DNA of 64,000 nt from an uncultured Saprospiraceae bacterium (GTDB lineage Bacteria; Bacteroidota; Bacteroidia; Chitinophagales; Saprospiraceae). A program made the position numbers and the translations under genes. This document shows, piece after piece, positions 48,898 through 59,932 of this stretch. How positions within the stretch are numbered: position 1 is the first letter of the stretch; every line of letters begins with the position of its first letter. The notes beneath the pieces are model-generated. The model did no database searches. It was given only the letters and a program-made list of their open reading frames with translations, and was not told the origin of the DNA. The stretch spans positions 9,428-73,427 of the forward strand of contig CAZTSI010000012.1 of NCBI GenBank assembly GCA_964616755.1, read 5' to 3'.

Positions 48898-50226
48898 ATG
48901 TTAACAGCTATATCCCCAATTGATGGTCGCTATGCCAGCAAAACAGAGGTGCTTACTAAGTATTATTCTGAAGCGGCACTTATAGAATATCGGATAAGAG
49001 TAGAGATTGAATATTTTTTATTTCTAAATACCCTAGGTGTTATTTCACTTAACGAAGATGAAGTCAATTCATGTCGAAAATTAGTGAATAATTTTAATAT
49101 CACAAAGGCTGAAAGAGTAAAGGAAATAGAGAACATAACTAATCACGATGTAAAAGCTGTAGAATACTTTATTAAAGAAAATCTAAAGCCCTATATCAGT
49201 GCTGACTATCTTGAATTTGTGCATTTTGGGCTAACTTCTCAAGATATCAATAATACAGCAATGCCCTTAATGATTATTGAAAGTGTGAGGGAGGTAATTT
49301 TCCCCCAATTGATTCGACTAAAAATTTGTCTAGCCACCATGGCTAACGAATGGAAAGATATACCCATGCTCGCCCACACCCATGGACAGCCTGCCTCACC
49401 ATCAAGCTTAGGTAAAGAGTTATATGTTTTTGTAGATCGCTTAGATTTTCAAATTCAGCTCTTAGAAGAATATCAAATGCAAGGAAAATTTGGTGGCGCT
49501 ACGGGTAATTTCAATGCACACAAAATTGCATATCCAGCGATTGATTGGCCAAATATGGCGGATAATTTTTTAAAAAAACTTGGCTTGAATCGACAAAGAT
49601 GGACGACACAAATAGAACATTATGATCACTTAGCCTCATTATTTCAACTATTGGCACGAATAAACACAATCCTTATTGATCTGAGTCGTGACTGTTGGTC
49701 ATATATCTCGATGAATTACTTTAGACAACGAGTCAATGCAACTGAAGTAGGTAGTTCTGCAATGCCGCACAAAGTAAATCCCATTGATTTTGAAAATGCA
49801 GAGGGCAATTTATCTTTGGCGAATAGTACATTTGAATTTCTAGCTGCCAAATTGCCAATTTCAAGACTTCAGCGAGATCTAACGGACAGCACTGTTACTC
49901 GTAATATTGGAGTGCCTATGGCTCATTCGCTTATTGCATATCAAGGTCTTGAAAAGGGACTAAGCAAGCTCTTATTAAATAAAGAAGCCATCCATAATGA
50001 CCTTACTAATGAATGGGCCGTTATTTCCGAAGCTATTCAAACGATCCTGCGCAGAGAAGGCGTAGAGCGCCCTTATGAATTATTGAAAGATTTTTCGAGA
50101 GGTAAAGCGAAACTAAGCAAACAAGACTTCGATAGTTTTATACAATCATTACCTATTTCATCTCAAGTTAAAATAGAGCTTACGCATATTACGCCACATA
50201 ACTACATAGGCTATACCCTATCGTAG
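48898..50226 (+). CDS. purB: adenylosuccinate lyase
   Basis: SPIDGRYASKT N-terminus and the fumarate-lyase signature GSSAMPHKVNP. The ATG abuts the ppk1 TAA. Confidence 0.95.
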   Translation: MLTAISPIDGRYASKTEVLTKYYSEAALIEYRIRVEIEYFLFLNTLGVISLNEDEVNSCRKLVNNFNITKAERVKEIENITNHDVKAVEYFIKENLKPYISADYLEFVHFGLTSQDINNTAMPLMIIESVREVIFPQLIRLKICLATMANEWKDIPMLAHTHGQPASPSSLGKELYVFVDRLDFQIQLLEEYQMQGKFGGATGNFNAHKIAYPAIDWPNMADNFLKKLGLNRQRWTTQIEHYDHLASLFQLLARINTILIDLSRDCWSYISMNYFRQRVNATEVGSSAMPHKVNPIDFENAEGNLSLANSTFEFLAAKLPISRLQRDLTDSTVTRNIGVPMAHSLIAYQGLEKGLSKLLLNKEAIHNDLTNEWAVISEAIQTILRREGVERPYELLKDFSRGKAKLSKQDFDSFIQSLPISSQVKIELTHITPHNYIGYTLS

Positions 50227-50246
50227 CTTGGATATTTTGATGGCCT

Positions 50247-51422
50247 TTAGCTGAGGTAGATATATTGACCTTTGTTATCTTTAATCGTCAGACGAGTCGA
50301 TGTACTCGACTCCACATGTCCAATTATTTTAGTATCTATTCCGTATCTAGACCCGATTTCGATTAAATTTTTCGCCTGGCTTTCTGTTACGTAACACTCT
50401 AATCGATGCCCCATGTTAAAGACTTCATACATCTCTTGGCGAGAGGTTCTGGATTCTTCTTCAATCAACTGGAAAAGAGGAGGGATATCAAACAACGTAT
50501 CTTTAATTATGTGAACATTCCTAACAAATTTCATCACCTTCGTTTGCCCACCTCCACTACAATGGATCATACCTGCTGGACGGAGACCTTCCTTAAGCAT
50601 CGTATTAATCACTGGCAAATAGGTCCTTGTTGGCGATAAGACTAATTTGCCTAATGGAATTGTCTGTCCCTCTATTGATATGGTGTCCGTCAATTTTTTG
50701 GTGCCGGCATATACTAGCGAAGGATCAATAGCCGGATCATAACTTTCAGGATACTTAGAGGCATATTCATGGGCAAAAACATCATGACGAGCGCTCGTCA
50801 ATCCATTGCTCCCCATGCCCCCATTATAGTTAGATTCATAATGAGCTTTACCATACGAAGCAAAGCCTACGATGACCATGCCCGGTTCTATCTGTATTTC
50901 GATGACTTCCTTTTTTGGTATGCGACCAAACGCCGTAATACCAACATCAATTGTTCTAACTATATCACCGACATCAGCCGTTTCGCCCCCCGCCAATGTT
51001 AATTTGACGCCCTGATTTCCCATCTCCTCAATGAATTCTTGGGTATAGGCTATTATTTCCGCAATCACCTCCCCAGAAATAAGGTGTTTATTGCGCCCAA
51101 TGGTGCTGCTGATGATAATGTTATCCGCACAGCCAACACAAGCCATATCGTCAATATTCATAACAATCGCGTCTTGAACAATACCTCTCCAAACACTTAT
51201 GTCTCCTGTTTCTTTATAGTAGATATAGGCTAAACTTGTCTTGGAACCCGCTGTGTCAGCATGCATGATATTTACATAAGAACTGTCATTGGCAACTAAG
51301 TCAGGCAAAATTTTACAAAAAGCATTTGGAAACAAACCTTTCTCTAAGTGCTTAATGGCCTTGTGTACCTCTTCTTTATTAGCTGAGACGCCTCGTGCAC
51401 TATATTTTGAGGGATTATTCAT
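50247..51422 (-). CDS. purM: phosphoribosylformylglycinamidine cyclo-ligase (long, AIR-synthase-related form)
   Basis: AIR synthase N/C domains (DGVGTK-like HADTAGSKT, NIDDMACVG). The ~390-aa form is common in Bacteroidota. Confidence 0.8.
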   Translation of the reverse strand: MNNPSKYSARGVSANKEEVHKAIKHLEKGLFPNAFCKILPDLVANDSSYVNIMHADTAGSKTSLAYIYYKETGDISVWRGIVQDAIVMNIDDMACVGCADNIIISSTIGRNKHLISGEVIAEIIAYTQEFIEEMGNQGVKLTLAGGETADVGDIVRTIDVGITAFGRIPKKEVIEIQIEPGMVIVGFASYGKAHYESNYNGGMGSNGLTSARHDVFAHEYASKYPESYDPAIDPSLVYAGTKKLTDTISIEGQTIPLGKLVLSPTRTYLPVINTMLKEGLRPAGMIHCSGGGQTKVMKFVRNVHIIKDTLFDIPPLFQLIEEESRTSRQEMYEVFNMGHRLECYVTESQAKNLIEIGSRYGIDTKIIGHVESSTSTRLTIKDNKGQYIYLS

Positions 51423-51771
51423 GTCAATCGCGGTAGGTTATAGATCTACCCTCAAAGCTACTATAAGATTAAGAGATCGTTCATTCACATGTTTATTTAC
51501 TTTAAATTTTACCTATTCAATCCAATTAAAAGATATAAAATCCCTGATAATGATGTGATTCGACCTACTTAAGAAAAGCCACTGTGGTTGGTTTCTGGCG
51601 TTGTAGTGGTACAGCGCTGTCGCTACCAAGACATAAATCGCGCATTGATAGGTGTTGAGCATATTCTATTCTAAACTTTTATCGATAAAAGACCTTACTA
51701 GCTACGTATTTACGTTATTAATCCTTTGATTTGTACTTTAGAGGTGGCTCAGCGCTAATTTTGTAAGAAAT

Positions 51772-53370
51772 ATGTATCGATCTTCTTTTCTCGGTTTTGA
51801 TCATGTGCCTCAGTTTAGTCAAACAGATCGAGCTTATCAATTGCTTGACGAGCGCCTCCATGAATTCTACCGCTTTGTTCCTACAATTGACGGGTTTTCA
51901 GCAGCTATCAACGATAGGTCTAGGTATCGTACAGACAGGAAACTTCTAGTCAACACGCTCAAACTACAATACGCTACGATTCCTTTAGACGAGGCCGTAA
52001 AGCTAAATATTGATGCATTAGCCCTCAATACTACGTTTACAGTTATTACGGCGCATCAGCCTTCTATTTTGACAGGACCACTTTACTTTATCTATAAAAT
52101 TTGCAGCGTTATCAGCTTGAGCAGGAAACTAGAAATAGCTCATCCAGACTTCAAAATCGTCCCTACATTTATCATGGGCGGAGAGGATCATGACTTTGAT
52201 GAAATCGCTAACCTACAATTGTACGGTAAAAAATTTAGATGGCATACAGACCAAAAAGGATCCTGTGGTCGAATGAATTTAGATGGCATTAAGGAATTTT
52301 TAGATAACGTGACGCAGGCGTTCGGTTTAACGCCCTTTGCAAATGAATTGAATGAAATGCTACGGCTGGCTTATCGTTCGAGCTCAAGCTATGGAGAGTT
52401 TATGATAAGACTTGTTAACTCCCTTTTTGGTGAATATGGCCTGGTGATTTTAAACATGGATCACGACGAGCTCAAAAAACCATTTGTAGAATTAGTCATT
52501 AAGGATATTGAAGACGGCATTTCACAAAAAGAAGTGCAACGAACACAACATAAACTCGCGGGTGTAGGATTCAAAAGTCAAGCCTATGTCCGAGAAGTGA
52601 ATGTGTTTTATCTTACTAACGACAGGCATCGGGTGATTGAAACAGAAAATAATAGCTATAGTATTGATAATCATATATTTAGCAAAGAAGAATTATTCAC
52701 TTTGTTTAGGAATAATCCTGGAGCTGTTTCTCCCAATGTTATTTTGCGCCCCCTGTACCAAGAGTTCAGCCTTCCGAATATTGCCTATGTAGGTGGCGGA
52801 GGAGAACTGGCTTACTGGCTCGAGAGGAAAAGTCAATTCGAGTCTTTTGGTATTTTTTATCCGATACTGATGCGGCGCGATTCTGTTTTGATCGTGGATC
52901 ATAAATCAGCGCATCATATAAGAAAACAAGAATTAGATTATGCACTAATTTTTGAACGAGAAGAGCAGATCATTAATCAACATGCTCTGCAATTATCTAC
53001 AAAAAATATAAGTCTAGAAACATCAAAGCAATCGTTAAAAGACATGTATGATCTTATCGCTTCATTGGCCGTCAGCATTGATCCGACGTTGGGGGCTACG
53101 GTGGCCGCTGAGCATTCAAAGGCCGAAAAAAGTTTGGATTACTTAGAGTATAAAATGCTCAAGGCAGAAAAGGTCAAACATGAAGTTGCGCTTAATAGAA
53201 TCGTCAAAATAAAGCGAGGTCTATTCCCCGAAAATAACAGCCTTCAAGAAAGAGTAGAGAATTTTATCCCTTATTATCTAAAATACGGACGTCAGTGGAT
53301 TGAAGAATTGCTCCAGCACTTAGATCCATTAGATCCTCGCTTTAAGATTTTGCAAGAGGAATCGGCATAA
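51772..53370 (+). CDS. bshC: bacillithiol biosynthesis cysteine-adding enzyme BshC
   Basis: 532 aa. VITAHQPSILTGPLYFIYKI matches the BshC GHQ-type motif. YVGGGGELAYW. C-terminal coiled coil. Confidence 0.8.
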   Translation: MYRSSFLGFDHVPQFSQTDRAYQLLDERLHEFYRFVPTIDGFSAAINDRSRYRTDRKLLVNTLKLQYATIPLDEAVKLNIDALALNTTFTVITAHQPSILTGPLYFIYKICSVISLSRKLEIAHPDFKIVPTFIMGGEDHDFDEIANLQLYGKKFRWHTDQKGSCGRMNLDGIKEFLDNVTQAFGLTPFANELNEMLRLAYRSSSSYGEFMIRLVNSLFGEYGLVILNMDHDELKKPFVELVIKDIEDGISQKEVQRTQHKLAGVGFKSQAYVREVNVFYLTNDRHRVIETENNSYSIDNHIFSKEELFTLFRNNPGAVSPNVILRPLYQEFSLPNIAYVGGGGELAYWLERKSQFESFGIFYPILMRRDSVLIVDHKSAHHIRKQELDYALIFEREEQIINQHALQLSTKNISLETSKQSLKDMYDLIASLAVSIDPTLGATVAAEHSKAEKSLDYLEYKMLKAEKVKHEVALNRIVKIKRGLFPENNSLQERVENFIPYYLKYGRQWIEELLQHLDPLDPRFKILQEESA

Positions 53371-54199
53371 GAGATAAGAGATCATCAAGTTTATTTTTCA
53401 ATGTTCTCCTATTGACCACCATATCTAGGAAACCCTTTTCTAGCAAAAACTCCGCAGTCTGAAACCCTTCGGGTAAATCGCGTTTGATCGTTTCCTTAAT
53501 AACCCTCGGCCCGGCGAAGCCAATCAAGGTTCCTGGTTCGGACATGTTAATATCACCTAGCATAGCGTATGACGCCGTCACTCCCCCAGTCGTCGGATCC
53601 GTCAAAAGAGAAATATAAGGTATCTTATTTCGGCTGAGTTGTGCAAGCTTAGTGGTTGTCTTTGCCAACTGCATTAATGAAAAAGCTGATTCCATCATCC
53701 GTGCACCTCCACTTTTAGAAATAATCAACAAAGGCGCTTTATGCTCTATACAGTAATCTACGGCTCGAGCAATCTTTTCACCTACAACACTTCCCATAGA
53801 CCCGCCGATAAAGGAGAAATCCATGGCTGCTACAACTAAGCTATTCTTATTGATTCGTCCTACTGCCACACTCAAAGCGTCATTCAAAGATGTTTGTGCC
53901 CTAGCTGATTTGAGACGTTCGTCATATGACTTCACATCTTTAAACTCTAAAAAATTATAGCTGTATATATCTTCGAAGAGCAATTTATAGCGACTTCCAA
54001 ATAAGATATTAAAATAATCGTGCGAGCCTATCCGAAAATGATTCTCACAATTAGGGCAGACAAATATGGCCTTTTCAATCTCTAAAATAGTAAATGTGCC
54101 CCCGCATGGCTTGCACTTCTGCCAAAAGCCGTCAGGAACTTCCTTTTTTTCTTGCGTGGATGTTTGAATACCCTCTTTAAGTCGTTTGAACCAACCCAT
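53342..54199 (-). CDS. accD: acetyl-CoA carboxylase carboxyltransferase beta subunit
   Basis: N-terminal Zn ribbon CKPCGGT...CPNCENH. Carboxyltransferase core FSFIGGSMGSVVGEKI and SGGARMMES. Confidence 0.93.
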   Translation of the reverse strand: MGWFKRLKEGIQTSTQEKKEVPDGFWQKCKPCGGTFTILEIEKAIFVCPNCENHFRIGSHDYFNILFGSRYKLLFEDIYSYNFLEFKDVKSYDERLKSARAQTSLNDALSVAVGRINKNSLVVAAMDFSFIGGSMGSVVGEKIARAVDYCIEHKAPLLIISKSGGARMMESAFSLMQLAKTTTKLAQLSRNKIPYISLLTDPTTGGVTASYAMLGDINMSEPGTLIGFAGPRVIKETIKRDLPEGFQTAEFLLEKGFLDMVVNRRTLKNKLDDLLSLMPIPLAKS

Positions 54200-54388
54200 A
54201 ATATATATTTAGCGACAACATCGAGCGCTCAAGGGATTTCATATCACAAAGGTAATAGGAATCAACATATTTCCAACGAGAGAGCAACATTTGCGTCAAC
54301 ATTGTTCTGATTATGCCTTTTGCCAAATGCATGAGAACAATGACTCGAACTTTAAATTTCAAATTGCTGGCTGTACCAATAGTCCTTA

Positions 54389-55450
54389 TCACGCATACCT
54401 AAATGACTTTACTGTACTTACCAAATGAGATATTTTACTCGCTTCGGTATCCGGGTAAACTCCATGACCAAGATTCATAATATGCCGCCCCCCAAAAGCG
54501 TGCATTGTCTCCTTTGCCTTTTTAGCTATTTGCTCCTTACTCGCATACAGTAAACACGGATCTAAATTACCTTGTATGATGCGATGAGGAAAAGTCTCAC
54601 GCACAAAGCCAACAGGCGTTTTCCAATCAATTCCTAATACTTCAAAAGGTACATCTATTAAGTATGGGGTAACACTCCATGCCCCCTTAGGAAAGAAAAT
54701 CCTAGGCACTTGAGCCGTGGCTTCAAATATCTGTCGCACATAGGGTATAGAAAATTCTAAGTAATGATCTATTGTCAACATCTCAGCCCAAGAGTCAAAT
54801 AACTGTATAGCATTTACCCCTAGACCAATTTTCTGTCGCAAGTAAGCGATTGTACTATCTGTAATTTTCTGCAAAAGTTGGTGTGATAATGCTGGCTCTT
54901 CATACAAAAATCGCTTGGCTTGGCTGAATGTTTTACTGCCTTTACCTTCGATCATATACGCAAAAATCGTCCATGGAGCACCAGCAAAGCCAATTAAGGG
55001 AACGCGATTAGCAATCGCTGCCTTTGTCGTCGTAATGCTCTGAAATACATAATCTAGATTGGGCAATACATCATCGCCGCTCAATAAGACTTCGACATCT
55101 TTTCGCGATGTTATGACTTTTGCAAACTGAGGCCCGCGCTGTTCGATGATCGTATAAGGTAATCCCATAGCCTCTGGAATCACCAAAATATCACTAAAGA
55201 GGATACATGCATCCACCCCATGGACATCCAAAGGTTCGACAGTGACCTCTGCAATTAAATCAGGACGCTTGACCAACTCCATAAAGCCGCTGACGCTTTG
55301 TCTTACAGCCCGATAATGAGGCAGGGTTCTACCAGCTTGGCGCATGATCCACACAGGAGGTCGCTCCATAACTTTACCACCAATTACGTCTAGGAAAATA
55401 CTATTTTGATAGGCCATGTCAGCTTTTAATTGAGGCACAAATTTAAGCAT
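54389..55450 (-). CDS. hemE: uroporphyrinogen decarboxylase
   Basis: PPVWIMRQAGR signature, FSDILVIPEAMG, GFAGAPWT. 353 aa. Confidence 0.95.
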   Translation of the reverse strand: MLKFVPQLKADMAYQNSIFLDVIGGKVMERPPVWIMRQAGRTLPHYRAVRQSVSGFMELVKRPDLIAEVTVEPLDVHGVDACILFSDILVIPEAMGLPYTIIEQRGPQFAKVITSRKDVEVLLSGDDVLPNLDYVFQSITTTKAAIANRVPLIGFAGAPWTIFAYMIEGKGSKTFSQAKRFLYEEPALSHQLLQKITDSTIAYLRQKIGLGVNAIQLFDSWAEMLTIDHYLEFSIPYVRQIFEATAQVPRIFFPKGAWSVTPYLIDVPFEVLGIDWKTPVGFVRETFPHRIIQGNLDPCLLYASKEQIAKKAKETMHAFGGRHIMNLGHGVYPDTEASKISHLVSTVKSFRYA

Positions 55451-55551
55451 ATGCAGTTAGTATGTCTTATTTTCATGTACATTATGATCTTAACAAACTC
55501 ATTTGTCTTGAGTATTATACCTTTACATGTTCTACTTTTACGACTAAGGAA

Positions 55552-56271
55552 ATGAGAATAGCACTAATCGGATATGGGAAAATGGGCAAGATCATTGAGT
55601 CCATGGCTACGAAAGAGGATCATTCTATTAGTGGAATTATTTCTACTTCTACCACAGAGCACGAAAAAGGCCAAATCCTAAAAAATACAGATGCTGCCAT
55701 AGAGTTTAGTGTGCCCGAAAAAGCCTTTTCGAATATTCAACTTTGTTGGCAATATGAAGTGCCTGTCGTGGCAGGTACCACGGGCTGGCTTGAGCAACTT
55801 CCGCAATTGACGGAAAATAGACCCTCAAATTGTAGTCTTTTTTATGCTGCTAACTTTAGTATTGGCGTTAATATCTTTTTTGCACTCAACAAGTATTTGG
55901 CAAAACTGATGGATGAGTTTGGAGACTTTGATCTGCGGATGAAGGAAGTGCATCATGTTCATAAGAAAGATGCTCCAAGTGGAACAGCTCTAAGTTTGGC
56001 TCATGATATATTAAGTCAAGTAAAAAGAAAAGATAAGTGGGTATTGGCGCCAGGCCAGGTGTTTGCTAACGAACTTTCCATTGAGTCGATACGCGAAGGA
56101 GAAGTATTTGGATACCATGAGTTGCTTTATACTTCTGCCTTGGATCAAATCAAAATATCTCATGATGCTTTAGGGCGGGAGGGGTTTGCCCTTGGTGCTA
56201 TCAAAGCGGCTGAATGGTTAATCCGTCAACCAGCAGGCATTTATTCGATGTCGCATATGTTAAAGCTATAA
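55552..56271 (+). CDS. dapB: 4-hydroxy-tetrahydrodipicolinate reductase
   Basis: MRIALIGYGKMGK Rossmann start and EVHHVHKKDAPSGTA catalytic motif. I chose the ATG at 55552 over the longer track ORF. Confidence 0.92.
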   Translation: MRIALIGYGKMGKIIESMATKEDHSISGIISTSTTEHEKGQILKNTDAAIEFSVPEKAFSNIQLCWQYEVPVVAGTTGWLEQLPQLTENRPSNCSLFYAANFSIGVNIFFALNKYLAKLMDEFGDFDLRMKEVHHVHKKDAPSGTALSLAHDILSQVKRKDKWVLAPGQVFANELSIESIREGEVFGYHELLYTSALDQIKISHDALGREGFALGAIKAAEWLIRQPAGIYSMSHMLKL

Positions 56272-56275
56272 CCTA

Positions 56276-58207
56276 GTGATTTCACCAAGCACCATACAAC
56301 AAGTACTGTCATCTGCCCGAGCTGATGAAATCATAGAGGACTACGTACAACTTAAGCGAAGAGGAGCCAATCTACTGGGCTTGTGTCCTTTTCACGGCGA
56401 AAAAACACCTTCATTTACTGTTTCGCCTGTGAAAAATCTATGGAAATGCTTCGGGTGCGGAAGGGGTGGTGATGCCATCGGTTTTTTAAAGGAACATGAA
56501 GGCTTTAGCTACGTCGAAGCAATCAAATACCTAGCGAAAAAGTACAATATTGAGGTTGTTGAGACTAATACTCCAGAAATTGATCAAGAGGAGGTTCAAA
56601 AAAGGGAGAGTCTCTTTCTATTGAATCAGTTTGCGAAAGATTTTTTTAAACAACAATTAATTCATATAGAAGAAGGCAGAAGTATCGGACTATCTTATTT
56701 GAAGCATCGGGGCATCAACCAACAGACAATTGAGCGCTATGACCTCGGATATGCCCCAAAAGATGGTAGCACTCTCTATCAACAAGCTAGAGCATCACTT
56801 CATAATATAGAATGGATGCAAGAATTGGGACTCATCAGCACAAGTAACCGTGATTTTTACCGCGAAAGGGTCATGTTTCCGTTTCATAATTTGAGCGGAA
56901 AAATAATTGGGTTTGGTGGCCGGATTATGACAAATGACAAAAAAGCACCAAAATATTTAAACAGCCCTGAATCCGATATTTATAATAAGCGCAAAACCTT
57001 ATATGGACTATATCAAGCTAGACAATCCATACGGTCTGAGGGCTTTTGTGTCTTGGTGGAAGGATATACTGATGTATTAAGCTTGTCCCAAAATGGGGTG
57101 GAAAATGTGGTGGCATCATCAGGCACTTCACTCACTAGTGAGCAAGTAACCCTGATCAAACGTTTTTCGAAAGATGTGATAGTACTCTATGATGGTGATG
57201 AGGCAGGGCAAAAAGCTGCCTTGCGAGGTCTTGATATTTTTCTAGAAAATGAGCTGAATGTCAAAGTGCTGATGCTCCCACCTAATGATGATCCGGATAG
57301 TTATATGCGCAATGTGGGGCCAATAGCATTTAAGCAAGCACTCATTAAAGACAGTAAAGATTTTATTATTTTACTATCTGAGAACATTGAACAAAACACA
57401 AAAAACGATCCAGTCAACAAGACTATTCAAGTAAGGGAGCTTAGCAATAGTATTGCAAAAATTACTGATCCACTCAAACGAGCTCTGTATTCTAGGGAAT
57501 GTGCGCGCCGTCTAAATCTTAATGAAGAAAGCCTAATCAGAGAGATCAATAAACGAGTACATGAATACCTAAAAAAGAAAAAATCTTCTGCATTATCACC
57601 TTCATCTGATACTGGCAGCTCAGACTACGCTGTCGTAGAAAAAGAAAAAGATCGCTCTCAACTCATCGGCGTTCTCACCAATCCATTGATTGTCCAAGAA
57701 CGAGACATCGCTAAAATTATCATCATCTCGGGTGAAAAAACAATGGATGAGCAAGAAAAAAAAACCGTTGCACAATATATTATTGAAGAGCTAGAAGATG
57801 TGAAAGACAATTTTACCGATGAGTTGGCAAAAAAAATCATCGAGGAAACAATTCGGGCACTTGACAAGAGTGAATTTCGACAACAGTTATTCTTGCACCA
57901 CGCAGATGAAGCCATATCGTCATTTGCCACAGATATGCTGATCGAAAAGTATGATTACGCCAATTGGGCTGATAAAGGGGTAGAACTGCAAACGCAAAAA
58001 GCCTATGAAGAAAACTTTGTAAAAGAAAGCGCTCAATCAGTCTTGCGGTTAAAACTTCGACTCATACAGCAAAAAATAACAGAGTTAAGGGATAGAATTC
58101 AACAAACAGACGACGACCAAATGAACGTAGTTCTATTGACTGTCCATCAACATCTTATTCAAGTACGACAACAATTAGCTCAAGAGTTAGGGGTGACCGT
58201 TTTTTAA
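56276..58207 (+). CDS. dnaG: DNA primase
   Basis: Zinc ribbon CPFHGEKTPSFTVSP...WKCFGCG. TOPRIM EGYTDV ... LYDGDEAGQKAA. GTG start at 56276. Confidence 0.95.
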   Translation: MISPSTIQQVLSSARADEIIEDYVQLKRRGANLLGLCPFHGEKTPSFTVSPVKNLWKCFGCGRGGDAIGFLKEHEGFSYVEAIKYLAKKYNIEVVETNTPEIDQEEVQKRESLFLLNQFAKDFFKQQLIHIEEGRSIGLSYLKHRGINQQTIERYDLGYAPKDGSTLYQQARASLHNIEWMQELGLISTSNRDFYRERVMFPFHNLSGKIIGFGGRIMTNDKKAPKYLNSPESDIYNKRKTLYGLYQARQSIRSEGFCVLVEGYTDVLSLSQNGVENVVASSGTSLTSEQVTLIKRFSKDVIVLYDGDEAGQKAALRGLDIFLENELNVKVLMLPPNDDPDSYMRNVGPIAFKQALIKDSKDFIILLSENIEQNTKNDPVNKTIQVRELSNSIAKITDPLKRALYSRECARRLNLNEESLIREINKRVHEYLKKKKSSALSPSSDTGSSDYAVVEKEKDRSQLIGVLTNPLIVQERDIAKIIIISGEKTMDEQEKKTVAQYIIEELEDVKDNFTDELAKKIIEETIRALDKSEFRQQLFLHHADEAISSFATDMLIEKYDYANWADKGVELQTQKAYEENFVKESAQSVLRLKLRLIQQKITELRDRIQQTDDDQMNVVLLTVHQHLIQVRQQLAQELGVTVF

Positions 58208-58241
58208 TAGCTTACCATAAAGTCGCTTATTTGACGGATCA

Positions 58242-59312
58242 TCACACATTTCTATTAATACAATTCAAGTCCTCAAATGCTTGTGTAAGGCGTTTTACAA
58301 ATGAAACCTCTCCTTCTCTTAACCATTTGCGCGGATCGTAGTACTTTTTATTAGGGACATCTTCCCCTGTAGGATTACCTAATTGTCCTTGCAAATAAGC
58401 TTTGTTTTTCTCATAATAATCCTTCACACCATCCCAAAAAGCCCATTGCATATCGGTATCAATATTCATCTTAACAGCACCGTAGGATATCGCTTCTCTA
58501 ATTTCTTCTTGAGAACATCCAGATCCGCCATGAAATACAAAATTTATCGGCAAATCAGTCGTCTCGAACCTCGCTTGTACATAATCTTGAGAATTCTTGA
58601 GAATAACTGGACGCAATTCCACATTGCCTGGTTTGTAAACACCGTGTACATTCCCGAATGCCGCTGCTATCGTAAACCGATCGGACACAGCTAACAGACG
58701 CTCATAGGCATATGCTACTTCCGATGGCTGTGTATAAAGTCTAGAACTGTCTACATCCGAATTATCTACTCCGTCTTCTTCTCCCCCAGTAACGCCAAGT
58801 TCAATCTCGATCATCATACCCATTTTATGCATGCGCTCGAAATATTCAACACATATGTCTAAATTTTCTTCGATGGGCTCTTCCGACAAGTCAAGCATAT
58901 GACTACTGAACAATGGCTTACCATAGGCATTATAAAAAGCCTCGCCTTGCCCGATCAAGCCTTGAATCCACGGTAGAATGTTCTTTGCACAATGATCTGT
59001 GTGTAGCACCGCCGATACACCATAATGTTCAGCTAGTTCATGTACGTGCATGGCGCCTGTTTTAGCCCCAAAGATACTTGCCTGCTGATGCTCGTTTGAC
59101 ATTCCTTTACCTGCGTTAAAGCTCGATCCCCCATGAGAAAATTGTATGATGACAGGTGAATTTAGCTTCTTAGCCGTCTCCATTACTGCATTGATGGAGT
59201 TAGTACCAATAACATTTACCGCAGGAAGCGCAAAATCATTCTCATTGGCAAAATCAAATAGATCTTTTAGCTCTTGGCCATGGATGACCCCTTTTGAAAA
59301 TTTTGATGACAT
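58242..59312 (-). CDS. fbaA: class II fructose-bisphosphate aldolase
   Basis: 356 aa with FALPAVNV, HTDHC, FGNVHGVYKPGNV and VFHGGSG motifs. Confidence 0.95.
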   Translation of the reverse strand: MSSKFSKGVIHGQELKDLFDFANENDFALPAVNVIGTNSINAVMETAKKLNSPVIIQFSHGGSSFNAGKGMSNEHQQASIFGAKTGAMHVHELAEHYGVSAVLHTDHCAKNILPWIQGLIGQGEAFYNAYGKPLFSSHMLDLSEEPIEENLDICVEYFERMHKMGMMIEIELGVTGGEEDGVDNSDVDSSRLYTQPSEVAYAYERLLAVSDRFTIAAAFGNVHGVYKPGNVELRPVILKNSQDYVQARFETTDLPINFVFHGGSGCSQEEIREAISYGAVKMNIDTDMQWAFWDGVKDYYEKNKAYLQGQLGNPTGEDVPNKKYYDPRKWLREGEVSFVKRLTQAFEDLNCINRNV

Positions 59313-59358
59313 ACCTTTTCGTTAAGGCGCAAAGATAAAAAACTATCCTAAAGAAGGT

Positions 59359-59922
59359 TTACAAAGTCGAGATCTGCTCGGACTTATCTAAAAGAGACAT
59401 TAACTGACGTATTATTTGACGTTGCCCTGCCTCTGCTTGAAGTGTATATTTAGCTCTTTGATAGACTGAAGATCGTGTGGACAATAATTGCGCTAAGATC
59501 GACTTGACGTCAGCTTCGGATTTACCTTTCATCAGAGGACGGTTGCTTCCCTTCAATCTCTCAAAGAGCACGTCTACTGAGGCCTCGAGGTATATTACAA
59601 GCCCCATAGTTAGCAATTGATCCATGACCTCAAAATGGCAGGGCAAACCGCCACCTGTCGCGATAACTAGATCCTTGCGATGCCGCAATGAGTGAATAAT
59701 TGAGCTCTCCAACTTTCTAAACTCGCGCTCTCCATAGTATGCAAACAACTGTGCCACCGTCAAGCCAACGCGCTCTTCTATGAGTTTGTCGGTATCAATA
59801 AAAGTCCAGCCCAATTCCCTTGATAATAATTCACCGATAGTAGATTTTCCCGAGCCCATCATTCCGACTAATATTATCCGATCCAAAGGGTTTTTAGTAA
59901 GTTTGTAGGAAAATTCGTCCAT
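59359..59922 (-). CDS. aroK: shikimate kinase
   Basis: P-loop GMMGSGKST, FIDTD, and GGG (ATGGGLP) motifs. Confidence 0.9.
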   Translation of the reverse strand: MDEFSYKLTKNPLDRIILVGMMGSGKSTIGELLSRELGWTFIDTDKLIEERVGLTVAQLFAYYGEREFRKLESSIIHSLRHRKDLVIATGGGLPCHFEVMDQLLTMGLVIYLEASVDVLFERLKGSNRPLMKGKSEADVKSILAQLLSTRSSVYQRAKYTLQAEAGQRQIIRQLMSLLDKSEQISTL

Positions 59923-59932
59923 TTAAAAAAAT

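Noticed and set aside
51423-51771. A 350-bp gap upstream of divergent purM and bshC. I looked for a purine or ZTP (pfl) riboswitch because of the purine-biosynthesis context, prompted by a CTGGCG-containing stretch and a small GC-rich palindrome (CAGCGCTG) around 51590-51640.
   Set aside because: I could not find the conserved ZTP pseudoknot partner (CCGCCTGGG-type) or the purine-riboswitch loop motifs on either strand. An Infernal/Rfam scan would settle it.
54177-54392. A 71-codon ORF between hemE and accD.
   Set aside because: It overlaps the accD start and the hemE stop. It has no motifs or hydrophobic pattern, so it is most likely a chance ORF in an AT-rich spacer.
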